DNA from: Oscillospiraceae bacterium
Lineage (GTDB): Bacteria > Bacillota > Clostridia > Oscillospirales > Ruminococcaceae
Assembly: GCA_030533325.1 (NCBI GenBank)
Contig: JAUNJJ010000008.1
Span: 9,219 to 73,218 of the forward strand
Direction of reading: 5' to 3'
DNA: 64,000 bases
Numbering within the stretch: the first letter of the stretch is position 1; each line of letters opens with the position of its first letter. Below the pieces are notes generated by a model that was given only the letters and a program-made list of their open reading frames with translations, had not been told where the DNA came from and searched no databases. Of the stretch, positions 27,742 through 37,914 are shown one piece after another. The translations under genes and the position numbers were made by a program.

Positions 27742-29541
27742 ATGAAATCAAAGAATTTATTAAGAAGCATAACAGGCATTGCACTTGCTTCTGCTGTGTT
27801 TCTCTCACAGGCAGTCATGCCCTCATCTTCTGTTACCGAAAATGTGCTGCATAATTCGTACACAGTAAGAGCGGCTGCTTCAACACCGGATGAATGTGAC
27901 TACGTTTTTGAGGTTGGTGAAGAAATCGGCGGAATCATCGTTGATGAAGAAAAAGACGAAAAGGTACAGTACGTACTCGACCTTTCTTCTCAGGTACCGT
28001 CTGACGCAAAGATCGAATCTGTCATGATCAGTGTTTCAACTGGTTCTGCTGACGAACTTGCAATGGTTGCTATCGGATGCCATGTGCCGGGATACAACGA
28101 AGATGACTGGTATTCTGATTCCGGTCAGGATACAGGTGAGGAACTGCTGTTTACATACAACATTCCTGAAGAAATCGCAGCTTCATACGGCAGCGACTTC
28201 ACTGAACTCTTCATACAGCACTGGTGGGGAACCGGAGATCAGCTGGTTACTGTAAACAAAGTAGGAGTAAATGTTTCAGGCGGTGCAGGAAGTGCAGTGC
28301 CGGGAGATTTCGATGGTGACAAAAAGGTAAAAAGTGCTGACCTTATTCTGTTCTCGCAGTATATGACAGGTGAGATAACAGGAGATTACTATGACATCGT
28401 TGCTGACTATAACGGAGACGGAACAGTAAACATTCTCGACTTCATAAAGATGAAGGCTAAGTTTGTTTCTGCAGCCGGAGGAGATATAACGGATGACGGC
28501 AAGACAGCAATTGAGTTTGTTGAAAACATCACTGTCGGATGGAACCTCGGAAACACTCTTGAATCAACATGTGACTGGATTGAAAATCCTACTCCGGAAC
28601 AGTTTGAAAAGGCATGGGGCAATCCGGTAACTACAAAGGCAATGATAGACGCCGTAAAATCAATGGGATTCAACACTGTCCGCGTACCTGTAAGCTGGGG
28701 ACAGAAAATGGGACCTGCGCCTGATTACAAAGTAAGCGACGAATGGATGGACAGAGTAAATGAAGTTGTTGACTATGTTATCGAAAATGACATGTACTGC
28801 ATACTCAATGTTCACCATGACAATGACTGGGTAGTTCCTACAAATGAAAAATATGACGCTGCATGCGATCAGCTCACTAAGCTCTGGGAACAGATTTCAG
28901 TTCGCTTTGAAAAATATGATGAACACCTTATATTTGAAACACTCAACGAACCACGTCTTGTCGGAACAGATCTTGAATGGACAGGCGGAAACCATGAGGC
29001 AAGAGACTGCATAAACAGATTTAACGCTGCAGCAGTTGAAACTATCCGTTCAACAGGCGGAAACAATGCTCTCCGTTACATCATGTGCCCTACATACGCA
29101 GCATCAGGTTCATCAGCAACTGTAAATGACTATGTTGCACCTGATGATGACAGAGTTATCGTTTCTATCCATGCTTATTCACCTTATTTCTTCGCACTTG
29201 CAAACACTGACACACCTGGTTCGGTATCAACATTCGGAACAGATGCTGACAAGGCTTCACTCAATGCTGAACTCAAACTCCTCTATGATAAGTTTGTCTC
29301 ACAGGGAAGAGCAGTTGTCATCGGCGAAATGGGTGCAATGAACAAGGATAATGACGAAGACAGAGAAAGATGGGCTGAATTCTATATTAAAACAGCAAAA
29401 TCCTACGGAATCCGCTGCGTATGGTGGGATAACAACCTTACGGTCGGAGAAGGAGAAAGATTCGGACTTATTAACAGATCAACACTTGAACCGGCATATC
29501 CGGGAATAGTAGATGCTCTTTTCAGAGGCCTTGAAGACTAA
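27742..29541 (+). CDS. Cellulosomal glycoside hydrolase family 5 enzyme with an internal dockerin
   Basis: Signal peptide, an N-terminal ~170-aa module, dockerin loops (DFDGDKKVKSADL / DYNGDGTVNILDF), then a GH5 catalytic domain with acid/base NEP (FETLNEPR) and nucleophile region VIGEMGA. Confidence 0.8.
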   Translation: MKSKNLLRSITGIALASAVFLSQAVMPSSSVTENVLHNSYTVRAAASTPDECDYVFEVGEEIGGIIVDEEKDEKVQYVLDLSSQVPSDAKIESVMISVSTGSADELAMVAIGCHVPGYNEDDWYSDSGQDTGEELLFTYNIPEEIAASYGSDFTELFIQHWWGTGDQLVTVNKVGVNVSGGAGSAVPGDFDGDKKVKSADLILFSQYMTGEITGDYYDIVADYNGDGTVNILDFIKMKAKFVSAAGGDITDDGKTAIEFVENITVGWNLGNTLESTCDWIENPTPEQFEKAWGNPVTTKAMIDAVKSMGFNTVRVPVSWGQKMGPAPDYKVSDEWMDRVNEVVDYVIENDMYCILNVHHDNDWVVPTNEKYDAACDQLTKLWEQISVRFEKYDEHLIFETLNEPRLVGTDLEWTGGNHEARDCINRFNAAAVETIRSTGGNNALRYIMCPTYAASGSSATVNDYVAPDDDRVIVSIHAYSPYFFALANTDTPGSVSTFGTDADKASLNAELKLLYDKFVSQGRAVVIGEMGAMNKDNDEDRERWAEFYIKTAKSYGIRCVWWDNNLTVGEGERFGLINRSTLEPAYPGIVDALFRGLED

Positions 29542-29570
29542 AAATTCACTAAAAAGCACAGAGGAAACTA

Positions 29571-31337
29571 TCAGTTTTCCTCTGTGCTTTTCTCTTTGTA
29601 TTTTTTGGGTGAACAGCCAAATTTATTTCTGAAGAGATGATAGAAGTGACTCAGATTACTGAATCCGGATGCAAAGCAGGCATCTGTTATCTCGTAATTT
29701 TCCTCGGAGATAAGAGCTGCTGCGTATTCAAGCCTCAGATCATTGACGAACGAAGTTGGTGTAACACCAAGGTATTTCCTGAACGTCCTGGACAGGTGCT
29801 CTGAAGAAACGTGGGAAAGAACAAGCATACGCGGAATTCCGGCACAAAAATTTTCCGGTTTTTTCATCTCGCGAATAAGTTCAAAGATCCACTTAGGCGC
29901 GATATCTACAGTCTGAACACCGATATCATCCTGAACTTTATCAGCATCTTTCTTTAGCTGAGGGGTATGGCCGCTTATAAGAAAAAGTGAATTCGACAGT
30001 GCTCTGACCCAGCGTTCATATGCCATGTCAGGTACTTCCTGTTTATCTTTGTATGTAACTGCAAGATATCCGAAACTTCTTCCTGCAAACTGAACCGGTG
30101 AAAAAAAGAATATATCAGGTCTTTCGCGTTCTGAATGAAGTGCCGGAAGCATGCGGCATGTCCTGAAGGAAATATTTCTGCAGACCTTGACGAACTCGAC
30201 CTTGTTAAGCATAACAGTCATTTTTTCAGGATATTTTTCATCATGGTATTTTCCGGATGAAGAAATGTTTCTGTCAAGACACAGAAACATTTCTTCATAT
30301 CCTGAAAGCAGGTAACTGCTGCGGTCAACTGCCTGAATAAGATCTTCAGTGTTTTTCACAAGTGAATAATTTTCATAGATGTCAGACTTCTCAATATATG
30401 CAAGCCTTTTTTCCCTTCGGACCATATCATGCCTTAGTCTGGCAACAGGTTCATTTTCAGACTGGGGGCATCCGCAGCTCATTCCTGTTGACAGTATTCC
30501 GTGATATTTTCCGGGAGAACAGACAGCCTTATTGTCAACAGCATTTCTTAACCTTCTGAACATATCCGCCCCATATTCAGCCAGAGGCGGAAAATAAGTC
30601 GTAACAGGAGGAGAATTCATGATCGCTGTCTCCGTACCGTCAAAGCCGGTCACAAGTACATCTTCAGGAACTGAGATACCGTGAGCGGCAAGAGCATTTA
30701 TCAGTGAACATGCCATAATGTCACTTGCACACGCTACTGCCTGCGGCCTTTTTATCTTTCCTGACGCTATTCTTTCAGCCATTTTCTCAGCAGATTTTGT
30801 CCAGAAATCTCCGTAAAATACACATTTTCCTGATGTCTGCAGTCCGTGAGACTTCATAGCTCTCATATATCCCTTTATACGTTCTTCTGAAATATCATTT
30901 CCCTCCGGACCTGCAAGAAAGTATATATCCTCACACCGGTGTTCCTCAATAAGATGTGATACAGCCATATATATTCCGTCACTGTTATATGACGGAATTC
31001 CTGAAGCCAGGCAGTTTTTTCCACTGAATGAACCTGTAGTAATCACAGGAACAGTGCACTTTTCTTTTAGCAGCTCTGTTATAATACCCCGAAGACGTTC
31101 AGACCAGAACTCTTCCTCAAGGAATATGACACCCGAAACCATATCAAAGTTTATCAGACTGTATATATTTTCTTCGCATCTCCGGTTTTTGTTTTCGTTA
31201 TCTGTATCTGAAAGTACTGAAAAAAATGCTGTATCTGTGTTGCAGGTCATAGCCTGTGATGAAATACCACGAATTATCTCTGATACCGGACCGTTTATGC
31301 AAGGGCAGATAACCGCTATGAGATCCCTTTTTTTCAT
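29571..31337 (-). CDS. AraC-family transcriptional regulator fused to a periplasmic-binding-protein-like sugar-sensor domain
   Basis: C-terminal AraC HTH (FASGFSNLSHFYHLFRNKFGCSP) and an N-terminal LacI/PBP type-I-like domain. Start set at M18 (GGAG ribosome binding site, ATG 31337); the longer ORF would overlap the upstream gene by 22 nt. A hairpin terminator overlaps the stop codon. Confidence 0.7.
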   Translation of the reverse strand: MKKRDLIAVICPCINGPVSEIIRGISSQAMTCNTDTAFFSVLSDTDNENKNRRCEENIYSLINFDMVSGVIFLEEEFWSERLRGIITELLKEKCTVPVITTGSFSGKNCLASGIPSYNSDGIYMAVSHLIEEHRCEDIYFLAGPEGNDISEERIKGYMRAMKSHGLQTSGKCVFYGDFWTKSAEKMAERIASGKIKRPQAVACASDIMACSLINALAAHGISVPEDVLVTGFDGTETAIMNSPPVTTYFPPLAEYGADMFRRLRNAVDNKAVCSPGKYHGILSTGMSCGCPQSENEPVARLRHDMVRREKRLAYIEKSDIYENYSLVKNTEDLIQAVDRSSYLLSGYEEMFLCLDRNISSSGKYHDEKYPEKMTVMLNKVEFVKVCRNISFRTCRMLPALHSERERPDIFFFSPVQFAGRSFGYLAVTYKDKQEVPDMAYERWVRALSNSLFLISGHTPQLKKDADKVQDDIGVQTVDIAPKWIFELIREMKKPENFCAGIPRMLVLSHVSSEHLSRTFRKYLGVTPTSFVNDLRLEYAAALISEENYEITDACFASGFSNLSHFYHLFRNKFGCSPKKYKEKSTEEN

Positions 31338-31366
31338 CGGCACTCCTGTTATGGATTTTTCTTCTT

Positions 31367-32635
31367 TTACGGTCTCGGAGAAGCACATTCGGAGCAGAAC
31401 TTACCTGTGTTTACCGCACCGCATGAGCAGGTCCATTCAGCTGACGGCCTTGGACTTGCACATTCTGAACAGAACTTGCCTGTGTTTACGGTTCCGCATG
31501 AACAGGTCCACTGTCCTGCCGGTGCCGGTTTTGGAGAAGCGCATTCGGAGCAGAATTTGCCGGTGTTTACAGTTCCGCATGAACAGGTCCATGACCCTGC
31601 CGGTGCAGCCGCCTGCTGTGAAGCTGCCTGCTGCTGCCCCATAGCAAAGAGGTTCTGAGCGTTAAATCCGCCTGCAGCACCTGCCATATTCATGTTCATA
31701 AATCCTGCCATAGTACCTGCAGAGTTTCCGGCAGCTGTTTTCATAGCCTCAGCCTGAGCATCAACAAGAGTTGCAGCAGCAAAGTTAGGGTCACGCATCA
31801 TAGCTGTTCTCTGTGCGTTCTTGATCAGTGCTTCATCTTCAGGAGGGATTGTTATGGAGTTGATTCCGACAGATACTATTGATATACCTCTGAGTTCAGA
31901 CCACTTCTGTGAGAGAATCTCGTTCATTGTTTCTGAAAGCTCTGTTGTGTGTCCCGGAAGTTCATTATATCTGATTCCCATTGCGGAAATTTTTGCGAAT
32001 GCCGGCTGGAGAGCATCTCTGAATTCTGTTTTCATCATGCTGTCAATTTCAGAGCGGTTATACTCCTGTGCAATATTTCCGCATACATTTGTGTAGAAGA
32101 GTACCGGATCTGTTATTTTGTATGAATATGCACCGTTGCAGCGTACAGATGTGTCAATATCGAGACCAATCTTGTTATCTACTATACGGAACGGTACAGG
32201 ATTCTGGGTTCCGAATTTGTTGTCAGTTATTTCCTTTGTGTTAAAGTAATATACACGCTGATCCTTGCCGGTGTCACCGCCGTGTGCGATTCTGTTGCCG
32301 ATTGTTTTCAGTGTTTCGATTATTCCTTCGCCGAGTGAACCGGTAAAAAGACTTGGCTCAGATGACATATCGTACTGATATTCGCCCGGTACGGCACATA
32401 CATCAACAACCCTGCCCTGTTCAACAATCATCATGCACTGTCCGTCAGCAACGGCAATTCCGCTTCCGCTGGAAATAATATTGTCACTGCCGTGGTTTCC
32501 CGAACCTTTTCCGGTACGTTTCTGTCCTTTTACAACAAGAATGTCATTTCTGATAGAGTCACAGTAGAAAAATTCCTTGAACTGGTCAGCGAGTGTGCCG
32601 GATACTGCACCTAAAGCTATTTTGATAAGTCCCAT
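31367..32635 (-). CDS. SPFH/band-7 domain protein (YdjI-like) with three tandem C-terminal zinc-ribbon repeats
   Basis: SPFH-like N-terminal two-thirds, a Gln/Ala/Met-rich linker, then three copies of WTCSCGTVNTGKFCSECASP(K/R)P. Confidence 0.7.
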   Translation of the reverse strand: MGLIKIALGAVSGTLADQFKEFFYCDSIRNDILVVKGQKRTGKGSGNHGSDNIISSGSGIAVADGQCMMIVEQGRVVDVCAVPGEYQYDMSSEPSLFTGSLGEGIIETLKTIGNRIAHGGDTGKDQRVYYFNTKEITDNKFGTQNPVPFRIVDNKIGLDIDTSVRCNGAYSYKITDPVLFYTNVCGNIAQEYNRSEIDSMMKTEFRDALQPAFAKISAMGIRYNELPGHTTELSETMNEILSQKWSELRGISIVSVGINSITIPPEDEALIKNAQRTAMMRDPNFAAATLVDAQAEAMKTAAGNSAGTMAGFMNMNMAGAAGGFNAQNLFAMGQQQAASQQAAAPAGSWTCSCGTVNTGKFCSECASPKPAPAGQWTCSCGTVNTGKFCSECASPRPSAEWTCSCGAVNTGKFCSECASPRP

Positions 32636-32821
32636 GATTATGTACTCCTTTCAATTCCCCCTGCTAAATGCAGAGAATAAAAAAATGTTGATAATGAACA
32701 TATTTTTCTCAGAACAATTTCCTTGAAATGTTCAACTAATATAAATAATACAGTAAAAAAATAAAATAGTCAATATCTTTTTTTATATGAGGGGGACAGT
32801 TCGTTTTTCGTAAAAAACCAC

Positions 32822-32850
32822 TTGTCAAATGTGTAAAAATACTGTATAAT
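32822..32850 (+). promoter_or_regulatory. Promoter of the YfhO-like gene
   Basis: TTGTCA-17-TATAAT (32822-32827 / 32845-32850). Confidence 0.5.
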
Positions 32851-32905
32851 AAAACTATATGCGCTTACGCATTTAATACTATATGAAAAAATCAGGAGGT
32901 TACAA

Positions 32906-35710
32906 ATGGAAAAAACGGCTAAAGCCGCCGTTCAGGCAAAGCCACGTGTCTGGGATAAGGTGAAAACATGGCTGTATAAAAACAGATTTTATATATACGC
33001 GTTTTTTATTCCTGTTCTGATAATGGCACTGGCGTATGGACTTTTCGATGTTTTCCCGCTTGGAAACATCATGGGAACCAACTATGAGAATATACCAAAA
33101 CGAAGCACTGCTCATGACGGTTCTGTTCTTGTACTTGATCTTAACGGACAGTATGTTTATTACTTTGAAGCGTTAAGAGATGCCATCTGGGGTGACGGAA
33201 GTATTTTCTACAACTGGTCACGAAACCTTTCAGGTGAGTTTATGGGCATTATCGGTTACTATCTTGCCAGCCCGTTTACCCTTATAGTTATGCTTCTTCC
33301 AAGAACCATGCTTCTTGAGAGCCTGCTTATTATGCAGCTTGCAAAGCTTGGTGCTATCGGCGTAACATTCAGCTACTATCTTCAGCATTCAAAGAAGATG
33401 CAGCCGGTAAATTCACTTATATTCTCAACAGCATTTGCCCTCTGTGCATACGCTGTTATTCAGCTGATGGATCCGATGTGGATTGACGGACTTGTTCTTC
33501 TTCCTATGGTTGCCCTCGGTATTGAGTATCTTGTTGACAAAAAACTCAGAGCGAACTACATCATTCCTCTTGCTCTTATATTTGTAGCAAACTTCTATAT
33601 CGGATTCATGCTTGCAATCTTCAGTGTAGTTTACTTCCTTTACTACAACTTCTTCGGTACAGAAAAAGAAGGCGTAACCATTAAGGAACATGCAAATACA
33701 GGTCTGAGATTTGCGTACTGTTCAATTATTGCCGGTATGTGTGCAGCATTTATGATTCTTCCGGTTTACAAGTCGTTAAGCCTCGGAAAATTTGAATTCA
33801 CAACGCCGGATTACTCAGTAAATCTTCAGTTTGACTCCATTGACATCATTTCAAAGCTCCTTCCGTCAAGCTATGATACAGTAAGAAACGAAGGACTCCC
33901 TGAGATATACTGCGGAACTATCGCAATTCTTCTTCTTCCGCTTTTCTATCTTAACAAGAACATTACAAACAGACGCAAGACAGGCTATTCACTTCTCCTT
34001 GCAGTCCTGTTTTTCAGTATGTATGTAAAGCCGCTTGATATGATGTGGCACGGCGGACAGGTTCCTAACTGGCTTCCTTACAGATACTCATTCATTATGT
34101 CATGGGTTATCCTCTGTATGGGTGCGGAATGCTTTACAAAGCTTGAAGGCCTTAAGCCAAATGCGGTAGGCGGTTCTTTCTTCGGAATCCTTCTGTACCT
34201 TCTTCTTGCAGAAAAATTATTCAAGTATGAGAATCTTGAAGTTCTTAACGGTTTATGGTTTACAGCCGGCTGCGTACTCTGTTTTTCAATACTCATATCA
34301 GCATACAGGGAAAACCCATCTTCAAAGGTAATACCGGTTACAATTGTCGTTATGCTTTCAGGTGAGCTTCTTCTGAGTACATTTGATACGCTCAAGGACA
34401 TTGACGCTGACGTAATCTACAGTATGCGTTCATCATACTATAATTATGTTGAAGCAGGACGTGCAGCTGTTGACAATATGGAAGAGCTTGATGACGGTCT
34501 TTACCGTTCAGAAAAAGTCGCTCAGACCAATCCTCTCAGAAGAACAGTAAACGACAATATTGCTTTCGGACTCAAGGGTATCACACATTCAAGTTCAGTT
34601 ATGAATGCAAAGATGATTGACACAATCGGCAAGCTTGGCTATGTAAGCCGCGGTCACTATACAAGATATGACGGCAATACACCTCTTACCGACTCGATTC
34701 TCGGCATTAAGTATGTTCTGGACACTAACAATACAGGCGTTTCAGATATGTACGAATATCAGAGATCCACTGTGACACAGCATGCAGACGGAAAGTCAAC
34801 ACAGATTGATCTTTATAAAAATCCTTATGCACTTCCTGTAGGATATATGGTAAGCAATGATATTCTTAATGTTTCAATTGACAGCAAGAATCCTTTTGAA
34901 AATCAGAATAGTCTTCTCAGTGCTATGACAGGTCAGAACAAGGAATACTTTAAGAGACTTGATTTCTCACAGGAACCAAGATATACCAATATAACTCTTG
35001 AAGGTGCAGGTGACCAGACAAAGTATGTTGCTGACAAGAATGCAAATGACTGGACTATCGATTACTTTGTACATGCTCAGACAAATGACACAGTATATGC
35101 ATTCTTCCCTTGCACATATGAAAAGCAGGTAAATCTCTGGCGCGGTAAATGGAATGAAGAGCTGAAGGATTTTGACTATCCTGAATTTATCGATAACTTC
35201 TTTGAAAATGAACATTACTGCATTACACGTCTTGGCAGATACGAGGCAAACGAAAACTTCAGTATCCGTATGACAGTTAATAACGAATATGCGTATATGT
35301 CTGATCAGTATTTCTACTACTTTGATGAGGAGGAATTCAAAAAGGATATCGCACTTCTTCACGAAAACACATGGAATATAGAAAAGTGGTCTGATACACA
35401 TATCGAGGGAACTGTGGAAGCTGAAACAAATCAGATGTTCTTCACATCAATCCCTTCAGAAGAGGGCTGGACAGTGAAGGTCGACGGAAAGAAGGCTAAG
35501 ATAAGAGAGGTTGCAGGCGGATTTATCGGTATTGATATGGTTCCGGGAACTCATACAGTTGAGATGTCATTCTTCCCTGCAGGTCTTTCACTCGGAATAC
35601 TTCTTGCAGTTGCCGGCATAGGACTTGTTGTTGTATTCATCATGGCAGACGGAAAGAAAACATTTAAAAAATTTAAAAAAGCCCCTGCTCCGGCACCGGC
35701 AAATAAATAA
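32906..35710 (+). CDS. YfhO-family polytopic membrane protein (putative glycosyltransferase for cell-wall polymer glycosylation)
   Basis: 934 aa with more than 12 N-terminal transmembrane helices, a large extracytoplasmic C-terminal domain and a final transmembrane helix, as in the YfhO family. Confidence 0.65.
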   Translation: MEKTAKAAVQAKPRVWDKVKTWLYKNRFYIYAFFIPVLIMALAYGLFDVFPLGNIMGTNYENIPKRSTAHDGSVLVLDLNGQYVYYFEALRDAIWGDGSIFYNWSRNLSGEFMGIIGYYLASPFTLIVMLLPRTMLLESLLIMQLAKLGAIGVTFSYYLQHSKKMQPVNSLIFSTAFALCAYAVIQLMDPMWIDGLVLLPMVALGIEYLVDKKLRANYIIPLALIFVANFYIGFMLAIFSVVYFLYYNFFGTEKEGVTIKEHANTGLRFAYCSIIAGMCAAFMILPVYKSLSLGKFEFTTPDYSVNLQFDSIDIISKLLPSSYDTVRNEGLPEIYCGTIAILLLPLFYLNKNITNRRKTGYSLLLAVLFFSMYVKPLDMMWHGGQVPNWLPYRYSFIMSWVILCMGAECFTKLEGLKPNAVGGSFFGILLYLLLAEKLFKYENLEVLNGLWFTAGCVLCFSILISAYRENPSSKVIPVTIVVMLSGELLLSTFDTLKDIDADVIYSMRSSYYNYVEAGRAAVDNMEELDDGLYRSEKVAQTNPLRRTVNDNIAFGLKGITHSSSVMNAKMIDTIGKLGYVSRGHYTRYDGNTPLTDSILGIKYVLDTNNTGVSDMYEYQRSTVTQHADGKSTQIDLYKNPYALPVGYMVSNDILNVSIDSKNPFENQNSLLSAMTGQNKEYFKRLDFSQEPRYTNITLEGAGDQTKYVADKNANDWTIDYFVHAQTNDTVYAFFPCTYEKQVNLWRGKWNEELKDFDYPEFIDNFFENEHYCITRLGRYEANENFSIRMTVNNEYAYMSDQYFYYFDEEEFKKDIALLHENTWNIEKWSDTHIEGTVEAETNQMFFTSIPSEEGWTVKVDGKKAKIREVAGGFIGIDMVPGTHTVEMSFFPAGLSLGILLAVAGIGLVVVFIMADGKKTFKKFKKAPAPAPANK

Positions 35711-35781
35711 TTATCAGCGATAGCTGAGAGAAAACTGCTGTTCTGAGTAATCAGGCGGCAGTTTTTGTATCTGGAGGTAAA

Positions 35782-36561
35782 ATGGAAAGAATTGATAAGT
35801 TTATATCAGACAGAACACCGATGTCACGAAAAGATGTAAAGCTTCTTCTTAAGCAGGGAGGAGTAACTGTAAACGGACAGACGGTAAAGGATTCTTCTTT
35901 TAAAATAAATCCGGAGACAGATTCTGTAAATGCCGGCGGAAGAACCCTTGTGTACCGGAAAAATATCTATGTTATGCTCAATAAACCTGAGGGTTATGTC
36001 TGTTCGACAAGAGACGGCAGCTCCGAAACAGTGCTCTCTCTTGTTCCTGAGGAGCTTAAGACGAAGGATATGTTTCCTGCAGGCCGGCTGGACAAGGATT
36101 CAAAAGGTTTTGTCTTCCTTACTGATGACGGTGAGCTGGCACATCGCATGCTTTCTCCGAAAAAACATCTTACAAAGTGTTATCTTGTAAGACTTGAAAA
36201 TGAATATAATGAAAAATATGAAGAATTATTTGCTTCAGGTATGGAGATAGATGGCGGTGAGATATGTCTGCCGGCAAAAGTGTGCGGGATTTCCCATGAC
36301 AGACATTTTGCTCTGGTCGGTCTTGATGAAGGAAAATTTCATCAGGTCAAAAGAATGTTTCAGGCAGCTGGAAATAAAGTTCTTTCTCTCTTCAGAGTCC
36401 AGATTGGCGGATTGGTTATAGATGGAAATCTGGCACCGGGAGAGTGTTTGGAAGTTTTCAACAATGATATTGAAAAAATGTTGTCCCAATTTGACTTTTC
36501 TGATGCCCGAAAATCCGTTGAAATAAGCTTTTGGTCATATTTAATAAACAACAAATTATAA
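35782..36561 (+). CDS. rsuA: 16S rRNA pseudouridine synthase (RsuA/RluB family)
   Basis: N-terminal S4 domain (RIDKFISDRTPMSRKDVKLLLKQGGVTVNG) and catalytic Asp motif GRLDKDSKGFVFLTDDGELAHRM. Confidence 0.85.
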   Translation: MERIDKFISDRTPMSRKDVKLLLKQGGVTVNGQTVKDSSFKINPETDSVNAGGRTLVYRKNIYVMLNKPEGYVCSTRDGSSETVLSLVPEELKTKDMFPAGRLDKDSKGFVFLTDDGELAHRMLSPKKHLTKCYLVRLENEYNEKYEELFASGMEIDGGEICLPAKVCGISHDRHFALVGLDEGKFHQVKRMFQAAGNKVLSLFRVQIGGLVIDGNLAPGECLEVFNNDIEKMLSQFDFSDARKSVEISFWSYLINNKL

Positions 36562-36663
36562 GTTTGGATAATTAGAGTCTTGCATTTAAGGTATAAAATT
36601 TGTTATTATAGTATTGTACCAATTTGAATTGGCGAAAAAAACTGTTTAGGAGGCCTGCTTAGA

Positions 36664-37809
36664 ATGGCAAGTTTATCGTTACGTGGAATCTATAAGAAAT
36701 ATCCAGGCGGTGTAGTGGCCGTTACTGATGTAAATGTAGAAATTAAAGACAAAGAATTTATTATCCTCGTTGGTCCTTCAGGTTGTGGTAAGTCAACAAC
36801 TTTAAGAATGATTGCAGGACTTGAAGAAATTTCCGAAGGTGAATTATACATTGGCGATCGTCTTGTAAATGATATTGCACCTAAGGACAGAGACATTGCG
36901 ATGGTTTTCCAGAACTATGCTCTTTATCCGCATATGACTGTTTTTGAGAACATGGCTTTTGGTCTTAAGCTCAGAAAAGTACCTAAGGATGAAATCGCAC
37001 GCAAGGTTGAAGAAGCTGCAAGAATCCTCGACCTTACACATCTTCTCGAAAGAAAGCCGAAGGCTATGTCAGGTGGTCAGCGTCAGAGAGTTGCACTCGG
37101 ACGTGCAATCGTACGTTCACCACAGGTATTCCTTCTTGACGAACCTCTTTCAAACCTTGATGCCAAGCTCCGTGCTCAGATGAGAACAGAGATTGCAAAG
37201 CTTCACAAGAGACTCGGAACAACATTCATTTACGTTACACATGACCAGACAGAAGCTATGACAATGGGTGACAGAATTGTTGTTATGAAGGATGGTTACG
37301 TTCAGCAGATTGATACACCACAGAACCTCTACCTCAATCCTGTAAACAAGTTCGTAGCAAGCTTCCTCGGTTCACCTCAGATGAACATGATTGACGCTGT
37401 ACTCAGACAGGATCCGACAAATGGCCTTTACTATGTTGAATTCGGTTCAGCTGATTCCAAGTCTTCAAGAGGTGTTAAGTACACAATCGTTGTACCACCG
37501 GAGAAGGCTACACCACAGCTTGCAAGCTATGTAAACAAGGAAGTAATTATGGGTATCCGTCCTGAAAGCATTCACGACGAACCAATGTACCTCCAGAATG
37601 CTACAACAGGTGTTGTTGAATGTACAGTAGAAATCACAGAAATGATGGGTGCTGAAACATACCTCTACCTCAACTGTGAAGGTATTCCTCTCACATCAAG
37701 AGTTGCTCCTACATCAACAGCAAGAGCTCAGGATACAATCAAGGTTGTTATGGATCCTTACAAGATTCACCTCTTCGATAAGGAAACAGAAGTTACAATT
37801 ATGAACTAA
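36664..37809 (+). CDS. msmX: Sugar ABC transporter ATP-binding protein (MalK/MsmX family)
   Basis: Walker [10 protein letters not shown], signature LSGGQRQR, Walker B FLLDEPLS, and a C-terminal TOBE-like regulatory domain. Confidence 0.85.
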   Translation: MASLSLRGIYKKYPGGVVAVTDVNVEIKDKEFIILVGPSGCGKSTTLRMIAGLEEISEGELYIGDRLVNDIAPKDRDIAMVFQNYALYPHMTVFENMAFGLKLRKVPKDEIARKVEEAARILDLTHLLERKPKAMSGGQRQRVALGRAIVRSPQVFLLDEPLSNLDAKLRAQMRTEIAKLHKRLGTTFIYVTHDQTEAMTMGDRIVVMKDGYVQQIDTPQNLYLNPVNKFVASFLGSPQMNMIDAVLRQDPTNGLYYVEFGSADSKSSRGVKYTIVVPPEKATPQLASYVNKEVIMGIRPESIHDEPMYLQNATTGVVECTVEITEMMGAETYLYLNCEGIPLTSRVAPTSTARAQDTIKVVMDPYKIHLFDKETEVTIMN

Positions 37810-37825
37810 CTGACAGTTATACTTA

Positions 37826-37903
37826 AAAAGGTTTTCCGTTCCGGAAAACCTTTTTCTTTTTATATAAAAAATAACCGGATGCCCTTTGGGCATCCGGTTT
37901 TCA
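37826..37903. terminator. Two back-to-back intrinsic terminators (msmX on +, ilvE on -)
   Basis: ggttttccgttccggaaaacc + TTTTT for the + strand; ccggatgccctttgggcatccgg with a T-run on the minus strand. Confidence 0.65.
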
Positions 37904-37914
37904 TCGTTTGAATA

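Noticed and set aside
29571-31388. Full 605-aa AraC-regulator ORF overlapping the SPFH gene by 22 nt
   Set aside because: An internal Met (31337) with a GGAG ribosome binding site removes the overlap and the odd N-terminal extension. The shorter start was used.
31054-31658. 196-aa and 83-aa plus-strand ORFs
   Set aside because: Generated by the antisense of the triple zinc-ribbon nucleotide repeats of the SPFH gene; the repetitive sequence keeps frames open artificially.
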